From a virus (Duplodnaviria > Caudoviricetes), in IMG/VR virus record IMGVR_UViG_3300014203_000001, positions 181,714 through 245,713 of that record: a DNA stretch of 64,000 bases; one strand, given 5' to 3'. The notes under the pieces are model-generated. The model searched no databases. It was not told where the DNA came from and worked only from the letters and a program-made list of their open reading frames with translations. The translations under genes were made by a program, and so were the position numbers. This document shows, in pieces, positions 40,713 to 50,506 of this stretch; within the stretch, counting starts at the first letter, position 1, and every line of letters starts with the position of its first letter.

Positions 40713-41873
40713 ATGTTACAAGCAAAAGTTATTGGTATTGGAGCTGCTGGAAATAAAGCTGCTATTAAATTAATCGAATCTGGAATTTTGGAAACTACTG
40801 ATGTGCTTCTCTTAAATAGTACATTAAAAGATGTCCCATCTGCATATAAACAATATGCTATTGAATTCGTTAGCTCAAGTAAAGGTTGTGCTAAGGAAAG
40901 AGATTTAGCTAGCCAAATCACTATGGATAACATTGCAAATGGATCTATTAACTTAGATGGGTTCTTAGCTCCAGAGGATAAAATGGTTATTATCTTAAAC
41001 AGTTCTGAAGGTGGTACTGGCTGTGGAGCAAGTACTGTTATTGCTAGATACTTTAGAGAAGTATTAGAAGTTAAAGTTCATATGTTCGTCTTTACAGGAT
41101 TCGAAGATGATAGTAGAGGTTTGAAAAATACGGTAGATTACTTCAAAGAGTTAGATCCTAGTTATGTAGTAGAAGGCGTATCTAATAAGAAATTCCTAGA
41201 TGAATTCTATGGTAATAAGATCAAAGCAGAGCAAGCTGCTAATGATGAATTCGTTAGTAGAATTACTATTCTATTAGGAAAATCTATTGTAGAATCCGAG
41301 CAGAATATTGATGCTAAAGATTTACTAAAACTTACTACTACACCTGGATATATGTCTATGTGTTATGGTAACTTAGGTAAGATTAAGAATGTAGAAGACT
41401 TCAACAAAGTTGTTACCTCTATCATTGATAATAACAAGTCTTTGGATACTAATCCTGGCTGTGTATGTTTAGGAGTTATTCTAAATATCACTGAGAAGAC
41501 TAGTAATTATATCGATCATAGATTCAAAGTAATCAGAGATAGATTTGGTGAGCCTAAAGATACATTCTTCACCCACATTCAAAACGTGCACGAAGATGAA
41601 TACATTCAAATTGTAGCCGCTGGTATGAAGATGCCTATTGATGAGATCAAAGCTGTATATGACGAGTTCTCTTCTCGTATGAATAGCATGGATAGATCAA
41701 AAGATGAGTTCTTTGGAATGGACTTCGATACAAAGATTGACTCATTTGATGATGGTAGTAATAAAGTATCTGCGTCGAAGATTCAAGAGAATAAAGCAAA
41801 CTTTCTAAGAAGCTTCGGAGCTAATCAACCTAAAGGAAAGATTATTAATACCAAAGTTTCAGATGAGATCTAG
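40713..41873 (+). CDS. Tubulin/FtsZ-family GTPase (TubZ/PhuZ-like)
   Basis: GIGAAG, GCAK, GGTGCG signature, T7 loop NIDAKD, acidic flexible tail. Confidence 0.88.
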   Translation: MLQAKVIGIGAAGNKAAIKLIESGILETTDVLLLNSTLKDVPSAYKQYAIEFVSSSKGCAKERDLASQITMDNIANGSINLDGFLAPEDKMVIILNSSEGGTGCGASTVIARYFREVLEVKVHMFVFTGFEDDSRGLKNTVDYFKELDPSYVVEGVSNKKFLDEFYGNKIKAEQAANDEFVSRITILLGKSIVESEQNIDAKDLLKLTTTPGYMSMCYGNLGKIKNVEDFNKVVTSIIDNNKSLDTNPGCVCLGVILNITEKTSNYIDHRFKVIRDRFGEPKDTFFTHIQNVHEDEYIQIVAAGMKMPIDEIKAVYDEFSSRMNSMDRSKDEFFGMDFDTKIDSFDDGSNKVSASKIQENKANFLRSFGANQPKGKIINTKVSDEI

Positions 41874-41885
41874 GGAGGAATTAAA

Positions 41886-42779
41886 ATGTTTGAAAAGTTT
41901 ATTGCTGATCTGAAAGCTAAATCTCAAGATGAAGAAAAACTAGTGCCAATCGATACTCAGCGTATTGTCGTGAGTCAAGCTAATGCTTTATTGTTAGATA
42001 AGCTTAAGAGTATAGATTCTATGAGTGAGAAAGAAGTATATAATATTCTAAGTAATTCTTATTCTATTATCTTATCAGAGTTCTTTAGAAGTAAGAATAA
42101 AGAATATAGATTCCTTCTTTCTTCTCCTAAGTTTATCTATATTCTAACTCAGATCACAAACGAGGTTACATTTACGCATGACGAGAAAGTACAATGTAAT
42201 CGGTTTATCTATGAGTATACCGTGTATAACAATGAGGATAAGTATATAAGAACTCTTCTATTGTTATTAGGTGAAGCTGTAAATAAACCTATTGTTAGAA
42301 AACTTCTAGGCTGTGATTTGGATGATGAATTAGCTATATTCTTAGCAGTGACTAACAAATCTAGTTTCAAAGAAGAAACTGTTATTAGAAGACTAAACTT
42401 CACTATAGCAACGTCTGGTTTGGAACTTATGACTTTACAGAGAATTATAAATATTTATGAAGCTCTGTTTACTAGAGTAAAAAAACTATTCATATCAACA
42501 ATGTTTGATACTAATATCCAAACTAATGAAGATGCTTGGGTAACTAAAGATATATTCGATACCAATACTAATATTACAAAAGCTAATCTTCTTATCTTAG
42601 AAAGCATGGAACCAATAGAAATAACAAAGGTTCTATTGAGCTATGCGGAAGAGTTCGCTACTGTATACGGATATAACTACAAAGCAGTTAGAACATCTTT
42701 ACATCATCTACCTCCAGATTTTATAAAGACTCCTATAATTGTAAAACAATTAGAAGGTGACGGTATACTAATCCCATAA
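41886..42779 (+). CDS. Hypothetical alpha-helical protein co-transcribed with tubulin
   Basis: GGAGG RBS 12 nt after the tubulin stop; terminator follows. Confidence 0.7.
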   Translation: MFEKFIADLKAKSQDEEKLVPIDTQRIVVSQANALLLDKLKSIDSMSEKEVYNILSNSYSIILSEFFRSKNKEYRFLLSSPKFIYILTQITNEVTFTHDEKVQCNRFIYEYTVYNNEDKYIRTLLLLLGEAVNKPIVRKLLGCDLDDELAIFLAVTNKSSFKEETVIRRLNFTIATSGLELMTLQRIINIYEALFTRVKKLFISTMFDTNIQTNEDAWVTKDIFDTNTNITKANLLILESMEPIEITKVLLSYAEEFATVYGYNYKAVRTSLHHLPPDFIKTPIIVKQLEGDGILIP

Positions 42780-42865
42780 TATATAAGAGAGACTTTAAGT
42801 CTCTCTTTTTCTTTTTTACTTGGGTATGAACTTATAATTAAACACATATAAGGAGGCGGTATACC

Positions 42866-44173
42866 GTGTCATTGTTAGCGTATAACTTTAGAAAGACTGT
42901 TGCAAAAGACAAAGATTACAGAATGAAAAAAGAAGCTACCTGTGAAGTAGGATATCCTACTGGATTTTTAAATTTTGACTTTACTAACGGTAGTGTTATT
43001 CATGTAAAATCAGAAGAAAAGAACCTTGATTATAATTATTTCTCTGTCGGAGTAACAGATGGAAGTATTGTAACATTCATAGGTAGATCTTCATCTGGTA
43101 AAACTACTTTAGTATCACAAATGGCTGCTAATATCGTAAGGAAATTTAAGACATCGTGTATCTTTGAAGAATCAGTAGAGGCGGGTTTAACTTGGTCTAG
43201 GCGGGAATCGTTAAGTGGATTTAGCGATACAGAACTACATAATAGATATATCGTTAGAAACGAAGGAGTAAATGCTGAGAATTTCTATAAGCGTATTAAG
43301 ATGGTTCATGATATGAAAATAGCAGAACCAGAGAAGTATATGTATGATACTGGAATGCTAGATAATTTTGGCGATCCTTTACATAAATTAGAACCAACTG
43401 TATTTATTCTAGACTCTGTTGCTATGCTTATGCCAGAGAAATATACGACAAGTGATGATTTAGAAGGTAATATGGCAGGTGCTCAAGCTGCAAAAGTTAT
43501 CACTGGTATCTTTAGAACAATTGTTCCTATGCTTAAGAGTGCTAATATTATAATGATGACAATCAATCATATTCTAGACGATCCAGGAGCTGCAATGAAT
43601 AAGAAGAAATCTTCATTAGCTTATTTAAAACAAGATGAGACTCTTCCTAGAGGTAAGACTCTTATCTATTTATCTAACAATATGATTCGTGTGGATGATG
43701 TTAGTAAGCTCAAGGAAACAGAAAAATATAAGTTTTTAGGGTCTATCGTAGATCTTACATTTATCAAATCTAGAACTGGTGGTAATAGAAAAACCTCTAT
43801 GGTATTTAGCCAAGATAAAGGTTTCGACCCAGTTTTATCTTTATATGTATTCTTAGATAGCAAAGATAGAATTACTGGTCAGGGTGTAGGTATGTGCTTA
43901 GATGTAGATCCTGAGAGAAAGTATAAATTCTCTATGGCTAATCTAAAAGAGAAGCTAGAAAAAAGTCCAGAGTTCTCACGTTTATTTATGCAGGTAGCGC
44001 AAGAAGAACTGTGTAAACTTCCTAGATTGGTAATAACAAACGCTGAGAAAGAATATGCATTATCTAATAACATTTTAGATATGTGCATGCAGGTAAGACC
44101 TACAACTGTAGATGTTATATCTAAAGAAGATATAGAAGAACTACAGTTAGAAATTGACTTGGATGAAGACTAA
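42866..44173 (+). CDS. recA: RecA/UvsX-like recombinase
   Basis: PTGFLNFD, GRSSSGKT, ILDSVA, INH, RGKTL, KSR. Confidence 0.85.
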   Translation: MSLLAYNFRKTVAKDKDYRMKKEATCEVGYPTGFLNFDFTNGSVIHVKSEEKNLDYNYFSVGVTDGSIVTFIGRSSSGKTTLVSQMAANIVRKFKTSCIFEESVEAGLTWSRRESLSGFSDTELHNRYIVRNEGVNAENFYKRIKMVHDMKIAEPEKYMYDTGMLDNFGDPLHKLEPTVFILDSVAMLMPEKYTTSDDLEGNMAGAQAAKVITGIFRTIVPMLKSANIIMMTINHILDDPGAAMNKKKSSLAYLKQDETLPRGKTLIYLSNNMIRVDDVSKLKETEKYKFLGSIVDLTFIKSRTGGNRKTSMVFSQDKGFDPVLSLYVFLDSKDRITGQGVGMCLDVDPERKYKFSMANLKEKLEKSPEFSRLFMQVAQEELCKLPRLVITNAEKEYALSNNILDMCMQVRPTTVDVISKEDIEELQLEIDLDED

Positions 44174-44183
44174 TAATTACATA

Positions 44184-44209
44184 CCAGATAGAGAATATTC
44201 TCTATCTGG
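44184..44209. terminator. Palindromic hairpin
   Basis: CCAGATAGAGAAT/ATTCTCTATCTGG after recA. Confidence 0.65.
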
Positions 44210-44226
44210 ATAAATATTACTTTGAA

Positions 44227-44245
44227 TATATATTATATAGATGAG
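44227..44245 (+). promoter_or_regulatory. Early-type phage promoter motif (RNAP gene)
   Basis: TATATATTATATAGATGAG. Confidence 0.75.
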
Positions 44246-44277
44246 ACTGAATCTGTTAATATAAAGGGGAGAAGAGA

Positions 44278-46701
44278 ATGAGTTCAAGTTTAAATCTAAC
44301 TGATATAACTTCAGAAATTCAAGAAAGACTACCTAGTATGGACTGCACTGTAGGGAAAGGTTACTTGCAACCAAACAACTGCACAAATTCTGGATCTAGA
44401 AAGAACATGCAGGGAATTCAGAAAGAACAAGGTATGCAACTAGAACATGGAGAAGCTGCAATTCTTATGACAGGTGGGGAAAACCAATTTGGAGAAGCAT
44501 CATCTTCATTCATAAGAGCAGACGCAAATTACAGAGTAATTGACAAAATATCAAAACACAGTGGTTCTGAATCGGCTGCTATCAGAGAATCGAACTATTG
44601 GTTAATACTGATAGACGAAGCAACTGGTACACTTCATACAACTGAAAGAATAGACTATAAGCATATAGTTGAAAGTTATGGCTATAGGTATGATAATACT
44701 TATATGGATAATCTCAAAATTGGCGATATCATACCTAATGGTACACCAATTAAGAAAAGTAGTTCATTTGATAGCGTAAATAATAAATGTGACGGTGTAA
44801 ATATAACGACAGTATATATGGCATCTGCTGCCACAACAGATGATCCTATTGTTATCTCAGATGTTGCTGCTGTTAAATTTGCAGCTCCATTGATAAGCCC
44901 AGTGCAAGTTCAGGTAAATGATAATGACATTTTACTTAATTTGTACGGAGATGATGATAACTATAAGACATTTCCAGATATCGGAGAGAACGTAAAAGAT
45001 GGAATTCTATGTGGAGTGAGAAAAGAACGTAAAGACGATGAAGCGTTATTCTCTCAAGCATGGGAACGACTAAAAGGTATAATGATATCTGACGAGACTT
45101 ATATAGCAAAAGGCAAAGTTATAGATATCAATGTTTATTGTAATAATCCAGAGAAATTACAAAGCTCCATATACAATAAACAAATAGCTAATTATTATTT
45201 TATGCATAGGCAATTTTGTTTGAATGTTCTATCTTGCATAGATCCTCTTCTAGAAACAGGATTGAAAATGTCGTATGATATGGAAAAATTATATTATAGA
45301 TGTAAAGCTGTTGTAGACGGCAAACAATATATCTATGATAAAGTATTCAATAATATAATCTTAGAACTTGTTGTTATGGAAATAATTCCATTAAACGCTG
45401 GGGATAAGATTACTAATAGATATGGTGGTAAAGGCGTTATATCCAAAGTATTACCAGTAGCAGAAATGCCACACTATAAATACTTAGGACAATGGGAGCC
45501 AGTAGAAGCTATATACAATAGTAATACTGTTGTCAATAGAGAAAACCCAGGACAAGAATTAGAAGTGTCTACTATCTTCGTAGGGTTGAAACTTATAGAA
45601 GATATTATTCTTAATAAACGATCATTAGAAGAAGCAGAGGATATGCTGTTCAGATACAAATCTATTATATCTAAGACAGAAGCTTCTGCTTATAAATGGA
45701 CTATCAATAACATGGAAGTTGCAGATAGAAGAAGCTTTATGGATAGCATCCTTTCTAATGGATATATCTATATAGTAGCAAAACCAATAACTGAAAGTAT
45801 GACACTTGATAAGCTAAGAGCTTTATACGCAGAATTCCCATGGATAGAACTATCAGAAGTGATGGTTCCATTAAAAGACTCTAATGGTAAATGGAGATAT
45901 ATAAAAGCTAGACGTAGATTGGTAACTGGTAAGCAGTATATTTATCGGTTAAAACAATTTGCGGAGGAAAAATTTAGTGCAGTGTCTCTCGCATCTACTA
46001 ATATTAGAAGTGAGAATACTAAATCTAAAATGAATAAACTTTATAAAGCGGTACATGCATCCACTCCAGTAAGAATTGGTGATATGGAAGCAGAAAATCT
46101 TATGCATATGGAAGTAGAATGTGTAATACAAGCATTAATGTTATTGTCTACATCTCCGTTAGCCAGAAGGCAACATGAAGAACTTCTAACTGGAAATCCA
46201 TTTGATATTAATATTAAACTGGATAAAGATTCTAAGAGTAGAAGTGTAGAAATAGTAAATGCTTATCTAAAGACTGCTGGTCTTAGATTGGTATTTGATA
46301 AGATACCTAAGAATAAGGGCAACACAGCTTTAAGAATAATAGCTACTAGAATTCCTGGAGCTATTGCACTTACTGATGTGGTAGAGAGGGTTCCTAAGTT
46401 CATAGAATGTATGGATACTCTAAAAGAACTAGCTAACAAACGAGCAGAAGTTCTTGATAGACCACTTAATATTGCATATCGTGTACCGTCACATATCAAG
46501 ACGCAAGAGGAAGCACAGCTATATATTCAAGACCAAGAAATGTCTAAAAATATTAGCGATGTACTTTCCTTGGTAAACGATGATGTAAAAACAATGGAAC
46601 AGCTAGAAGAAAGAGTAAACAATCCAGAAGTTCCAATAAAACTCACAGAAATAGTATCCAGAGTAATAGCAGAAAGGATACCAGATAATTTTGCCAAGTA
46701 A
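44278..46701 (+). CDS. Multisubunit RNA polymerase beta subunit, C-terminal half (probable non-virion RNAP)
   Basis: SGSRKNM, DDPIVIS, GDKITNRYGGKGVIS, NRENPGQ, YIYRLKQ, RIGDME; early promoter motif at 44227. Confidence 0.9.
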   Translation: MSSSLNLTDITSEIQERLPSMDCTVGKGYLQPNNCTNSGSRKNMQGIQKEQGMQLEHGEAAILMTGGENQFGEASSSFIRADANYRVIDKISKHSGSESAAIRESNYWLILIDEATGTLHTTERIDYKHIVESYGYRYDNTYMDNLKIGDIIPNGTPIKKSSSFDSVNNKCDGVNITTVYMASAATTDDPIVISDVAAVKFAAPLISPVQVQVNDNDILLNLYGDDDNYKTFPDIGENVKDGILCGVRKERKDDEALFSQAWERLKGIMISDETYIAKGKVIDINVYCNNPEKLQSSIYNKQIANYYFMHRQFCLNVLSCIDPLLETGLKMSYDMEKLYYRCKAVVDGKQYIYDKVFNNIILELVVMEIIPLNAGDKITNRYGGKGVISKVLPVAEMPHYKYLGQWEPVEAIYNSNTVVNRENPGQELEVSTIFVGLKLIEDIILNKRSLEEAEDMLFRYKSIISKTEASAYKWTINNMEVADRRSFMDSILSNGYIYIVAKPITESMTLDKLRALYAEFPWIELSEVMVPLKDSNGKWRYIKARRRLVTGKQYIYRLKQFAEEKFSAVSLASTNIRSENTKSKMNKLYKAVHASTPVRIGDMEAENLMHMEVECVIQALMLLSTSPLARRQHEELLTGNPFDINIKLDKDSKSRSVEIVNAYLKTAGLRLVFDKIPKNKGNTALRIIATRIPGAIALTDVVERVPKFIECMDTLKELANKRAEVLDRPLNIAYRVPSHIKTQEEAQLYIQDQEMSKNISDVLSLVNDDVKTMEQLEERVNNPEVPIKLTEIVSRVIAERIPDNFAK

Positions 46702-46743
46702 TATAAGGAGAGAGCTTACGCTCTCCCTTAATTCTTTTTTGGG

Positions 46744-46762
46744 CATATATTATATATGTGAG
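46744..46762 (+). promoter_or_regulatory. Early-type phage promoter motif (ligase)
   Basis: CATATATTATATATGTGAG. Confidence 0.72.
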
Positions 46763-46784
46763 TAAAGAAAAGGAGGTAACAAAT

Positions 46785-49073
46785 ATGGGTAGATCTATAG
46801 ATCTGATATTAGAAGATCTATATAAAGGTAATCCTAATATTGTAAACGATGAAAGTACTGCTATCAATTCAGCAGTGCAAAAGTTTCTATGTAGTCAAGA
46901 ACAACCAGATATAGAAGAAATGAGAAAGATAATTCTTATCTCAAATATTCTATATAACAACAGCAATGAAAGACCACCATTAGAAGATGGAGTATATGAT
47001 TTGCTGGTAGTAAAGTATAATAATCTAACAGGAGGGAAATCACCAGTCGGTGCCCCACCAATACAGTTTGAACTTAAAGAAGAAACTGTATTGGAAAAGA
47101 AAGAAGATAAACTTTTAGAGATAGCTACTAGGGTGCAAGGAAAAGAAGATATGCTTTTCTATGATGCATTAGTTACTAATTCTAATCCGATTCCATCTGA
47201 CTTTGAGTATAAAGAAGATAATACTCTAATTGCTAAGAGAGTAGCGAATAGTGCTCATAATTACCCAGAGTTGGTTGGCACTCTCAATAAGTGTAAGTTT
47301 ACTCTAAATGCTCAAGCAGCAGAACGAGGATTATTATCAGGAGACAGTGCAGATACAGTAATTGTATTTGAAAGGGATTTCCTTCATGCTCATGTAAATC
47401 TTGGCATAAATGCTACCGAGTTGATCGCAGAATTAAAATATGATGGCGTATCTATCGAAGCCCAAGTAGATGGTGATACTATCGTATCAGCTGGTAGTAG
47501 AGGAGATACTGATAATAACGAAGCTGCAGATCTGACTCCTATCTTTGGTGGATATGTATTTAACAGAGCAAGTAACTATGTTCCTAAGGGTACAATCTTT
47601 GGAATTAAGTTCGAGGCTATAATTACATATGAAAATCTCCAAAGAATAAAAGCTAAGTATGGTAAGTCATATGCTAATCCAAGGAATGCAGTAATAGGGC
47701 TATTAAGTGGATTAGATAGTAGAAAGTTTAGAGATTATATCACTCTAGTTCCATTAGCATGTTCTAAAGAATTGAATATGCCTAATAGAGAAGTAGAAAT
47801 AAAGTTTCTGAATAAATATTATTCTTCTGGAGTAGATTTGAGATACCAAGTTTTACAAGGAGATTATACTACTCTACTATTCTTAGTAAAAAGATTTGTA
47901 GAAGAAGCAGAGTATATGAGATCGTTTCTTCCATTTATGTATGATGGGGTAGTCGTATCTTATACTGATCCTGCTATCATAAACTATCTTGGAAGGAAGA
48001 GATCTGTTAACCAATATAGTACTGCTATTAAGTTTAACGCTTTAAAGAAACAGACTATATTTAAAGGGTATACTTTTTCTATCGGTCAGAATGGATTAGT
48101 TACTCCATTAGCGCACTTCAACCCTGTTGAGTTTATGGGTGGTATTCATGATAAAACAACAGCTCATTCTCTTAGTAGATTTAAGAAACTGACTTTACGT
48201 GTAGGAGATATAGTGGATATAGAATTGGTTAACGATGTTATCTGTTATATTACAAAACCAGAGAATAGTCATAACGATTCCAATCCAAATCCAATAGTAG
48301 AGTTTCCTACACATTGTCCATCATGTGGGCAAGATTTATACCAATCAGATAGTGGAAATTCTGCAATGTGTCTTAACTTTAGATGCCCTGAGAGAAACGT
48401 TGGTAGAATGACTAATATGCTGAAGAAATTGAATATCAAAGATTTCTCTACTCAAACAGTAAGAGCATTAGATATATATAGTTTGACTGATCTAATCACA
48501 CTAAATACACAAACTGCAATGGATACGTTTGGTGAAGTAGTAGGAGCTAAACTAATGGAACGAATAGAACAAATTAAAAATCTAAATTATCCAGATTATA
48601 GAATAATTGGTTCATTAGGATTCAGTTCTATTGCTGCTGAGAAGTGGAAGAAGATAATGTGCAATATCAAACTAGATACTCTTATCAACGGATCAGACGA
48701 AAAGATAAGAGGTATATTAGGACCCATTAAAGGAATAGGTCCAGTCGTAGTTGATTGTGTAATTAAAGAACGTCATTTGTTTATGAGAGATTTAGTTACT
48801 ATATCCAAGCTACCAAATATACAATATACATATGGGGAGATAAAACAGCTTCCGATTGTTAGATTTACTGGGGTTAGAGATGAGAAATTAGAAGAGGTTT
48901 TACGTATACATAAATTCGATGCAGATGGAAACAAGTCTGTTACTAAACAGACGGATATTCTTATAGTTCCATATCAAGGATTTAAATCTTCTAAGACAAG
49001 TAAAGTTGGTCCTAATTGTCGTATAATGACACTAGATGAAGTATGGAAAGAAATACCAAAATACTTTCATTAA
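46785..49073 (+). CDS. ligA: NAD-dependent DNA ligase
   Basis: EDGVYD, ELKYDG, SRGD, NPRNAV, YDGVV, CPSC..C..C zinc finger, HhH, BRCT; start after AAGGAGG. Confidence 0.93.
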   Translation: MGRSIDLILEDLYKGNPNIVNDESTAINSAVQKFLCSQEQPDIEEMRKIILISNILYNNSNERPPLEDGVYDLLVVKYNNLTGGKSPVGAPPIQFELKEETVLEKKEDKLLEIATRVQGKEDMLFYDALVTNSNPIPSDFEYKEDNTLIAKRVANSAHNYPELVGTLNKCKFTLNAQAAERGLLSGDSADTVIVFERDFLHAHVNLGINATELIAELKYDGVSIEAQVDGDTIVSAGSRGDTDNNEAADLTPIFGGYVFNRASNYVPKGTIFGIKFEAIITYENLQRIKAKYGKSYANPRNAVIGLLSGLDSRKFRDYITLVPLACSKELNMPNREVEIKFLNKYYSSGVDLRYQVLQGDYTTLLFLVKRFVEEAEYMRSFLPFMYDGVVVSYTDPAIINYLGRKRSVNQYSTAIKFNALKKQTIFKGYTFSIGQNGLVTPLAHFNPVEFMGGIHDKTTAHSLSRFKKLTLRVGDIVDIELVNDVICYITKPENSHNDSNPNPIVEFPTHCPSCGQDLYQSDSGNSAMCLNFRCPERNVGRMTNMLKKLNIKDFSTQTVRALDIYSLTDLITLNTQTAMDTFGEVVGAKLMERIEQIKNLNYPDYRIIGSLGFSSIAAEKWKKIMCNIKLDTLINGSDEKIRGILGPIKGIGPVVVDCVIKERHLFMRDLVTISKLPNIQYTYGEIKQLPIVRFTGVRDEKLEEVLRIHKFDADGNKSVTKQTDILIVPYQGFKSSKTSKVGPNCRIMTLDEVWKEIPKYFH

Positions 49074-49095
49074 AATTAAAAATTAAACCAGATCA

Positions 49096-49128
49096 AACTT
49101 ATTTATAATGATATATTATATATGTGCA
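49096..49128 (+). promoter_or_regulatory. Tandem AACT-N6-TA and early-type promoter motifs
   Basis: AACTtatttaTA (49096) then GATATATTATATATGTGCA (49110). Confidence 0.62.
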
Positions 49129-49190
49129 AGAGTATTCTGATTAGCTGAATACTCTTGTATAAATAAAAAGAAAAAAGGGGATATAATAAC

Positions 49191-49793
49191 ATGAAGAAAT
49201 ATGAAGAGACAGGAATTAGCAATGAAATTTTAAAGGTGCTTACAGAAAAATTACATTATGGTTGGGACGCAACTCTTAGTCGCGATTCAGTTAAAATGTT
49301 AATCGAAGGAACTGCCAAGTATCTTGGACAGGTTAAATCTAAAGATGTTGTTAAAGCTGCTATCGTTGAAGATACAAAAGGAAACTTCCACTTCGGTGCG
49401 TTTGTGGAATATGTAGAATCTGAAGATGGAAAAGGCGGATTCAATCTAAGTTATACTTTTAACGTAGAAGATATCAAACCAGAGTTCGATAAAGTGAATG
49501 TGAACAATCCAGTATTACATCACATTCTTGCCGATATCGCTCTTTCTAAATATGGTATTTCCTTCAAGTCTTTCGAAGGAAAAGAATTTATTTTACCAGT
49601 ATCATGCATCGTTGCAGATTGCATCAAGAACTACTTGCATGCTAACGTTAGCATCGATCCTAAAGTAGAAATGGAAGATTTCTTTGAAGCCAATGCAGAA
49701 ATTGATGGGGATCAAGTATATTACAGCTTAACTCCATTATCTATTGTTAAACAGCACGTTAAAGGTGATGCTGAATTAGAAACAGCGGCTTAA
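49191..49793 (+). CDS. Hypothetical protein, possibly tandem HU/IHF-like
   Basis: 200 aa; C-terminal YSLTPLSIVKQHVK loosely resembles the HU C-terminus; both promoter motifs upstream. Confidence 0.6.
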   Translation: MKKYEETGISNEILKVLTEKLHYGWDATLSRDSVKMLIEGTAKYLGQVKSKDVVKAAIVEDTKGNFHFGAFVEYVESEDGKGGFNLSYTFNVEDIKPEFDKVNVNNPVLHHILADIALSKYGISFKSFEGKEFILPVSCIVADCIKNYLHANVSIDPKVEMEDFFEANAEIDGDQVYYSLTPLSIVKQHVKGDAELETAA

Positions 49794-49882
49794 TTAAAAA
49801 ATAAGGAGCTACAGATAATCTGTAGCTCCAAACAATTTTGTGCGAAGGATCAAGTATTTTTTATAAAGGGAAGGGAAATAAG

Positions 49883-50506
49883 ATGAGGAAAATTACCATA
49901 GGAACAAAGATAATCGACGTTATTGATGAGGAAGAATATCATAGACGTTCAAAGTTAGACGATCCAATGTTTGAAGATACTTGTATCGAAATGAATGGAA
50001 TGGTATATCCTATTCAGAAACGATATGATGGATCTCCAGGAGTGTGTGATTACGGACCAGTATTAAGATATACCAAACCAATTGTCGATCAAGAACAATA
50101 CAGTTCAGAAAATATCATAGACTTCAATAAAGCTAAAGATTTTGCGGCTGTTATGAAAACTCAAGATGCATATAAGAGATGTGAAGAAGCTATTCTAACA
50201 TCTCCTGATAATATTACTACACCTGTTATAAAAGAAACCAATAGTCCACTGCTTGCATTAACTAAGCAGATGATTATTGAGAAGCACATAGATATAGATC
50301 TATATGGGTCTAAACTGAAAGAAGATAAGAATAATGCATTGCGACCAATAAAGGACAAAAATAACGATACTATCACTATTAATAGAGCAGTTAATCTTTG
50401 TCAGTGTTGCGATGTTAGGATGATTGTGCGATTAGAAGATAAACCAGGAGCAGTAAATCCGATGGGTAAGATCCTAGAGATGGAAATAACATCAGGAGGA
50501 GAATAA
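49883..50506 (+). CDS. Hypothetical protein in the RNAP operon
   Basis: ATG 49883 after AAGGG; abuts the RNAP gene. Confidence 0.65.
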   Translation: MRKITIGTKIIDVIDEEEYHRRSKLDDPMFEDTCIEMNGMVYPIQKRYDGSPGVCDYGPVLRYTKPIVDQEQYSSENIIDFNKAKDFAAVMKTQDAYKRCEEAILTSPDNITTPVIKETNSPLLALTKQMIIEKHIDIDLYGSKLKEDKNNALRPIKDKNNDTITINRAVNLCQCCDVRMIVRLEDKPGAVNPMGKILEMEITSGGE

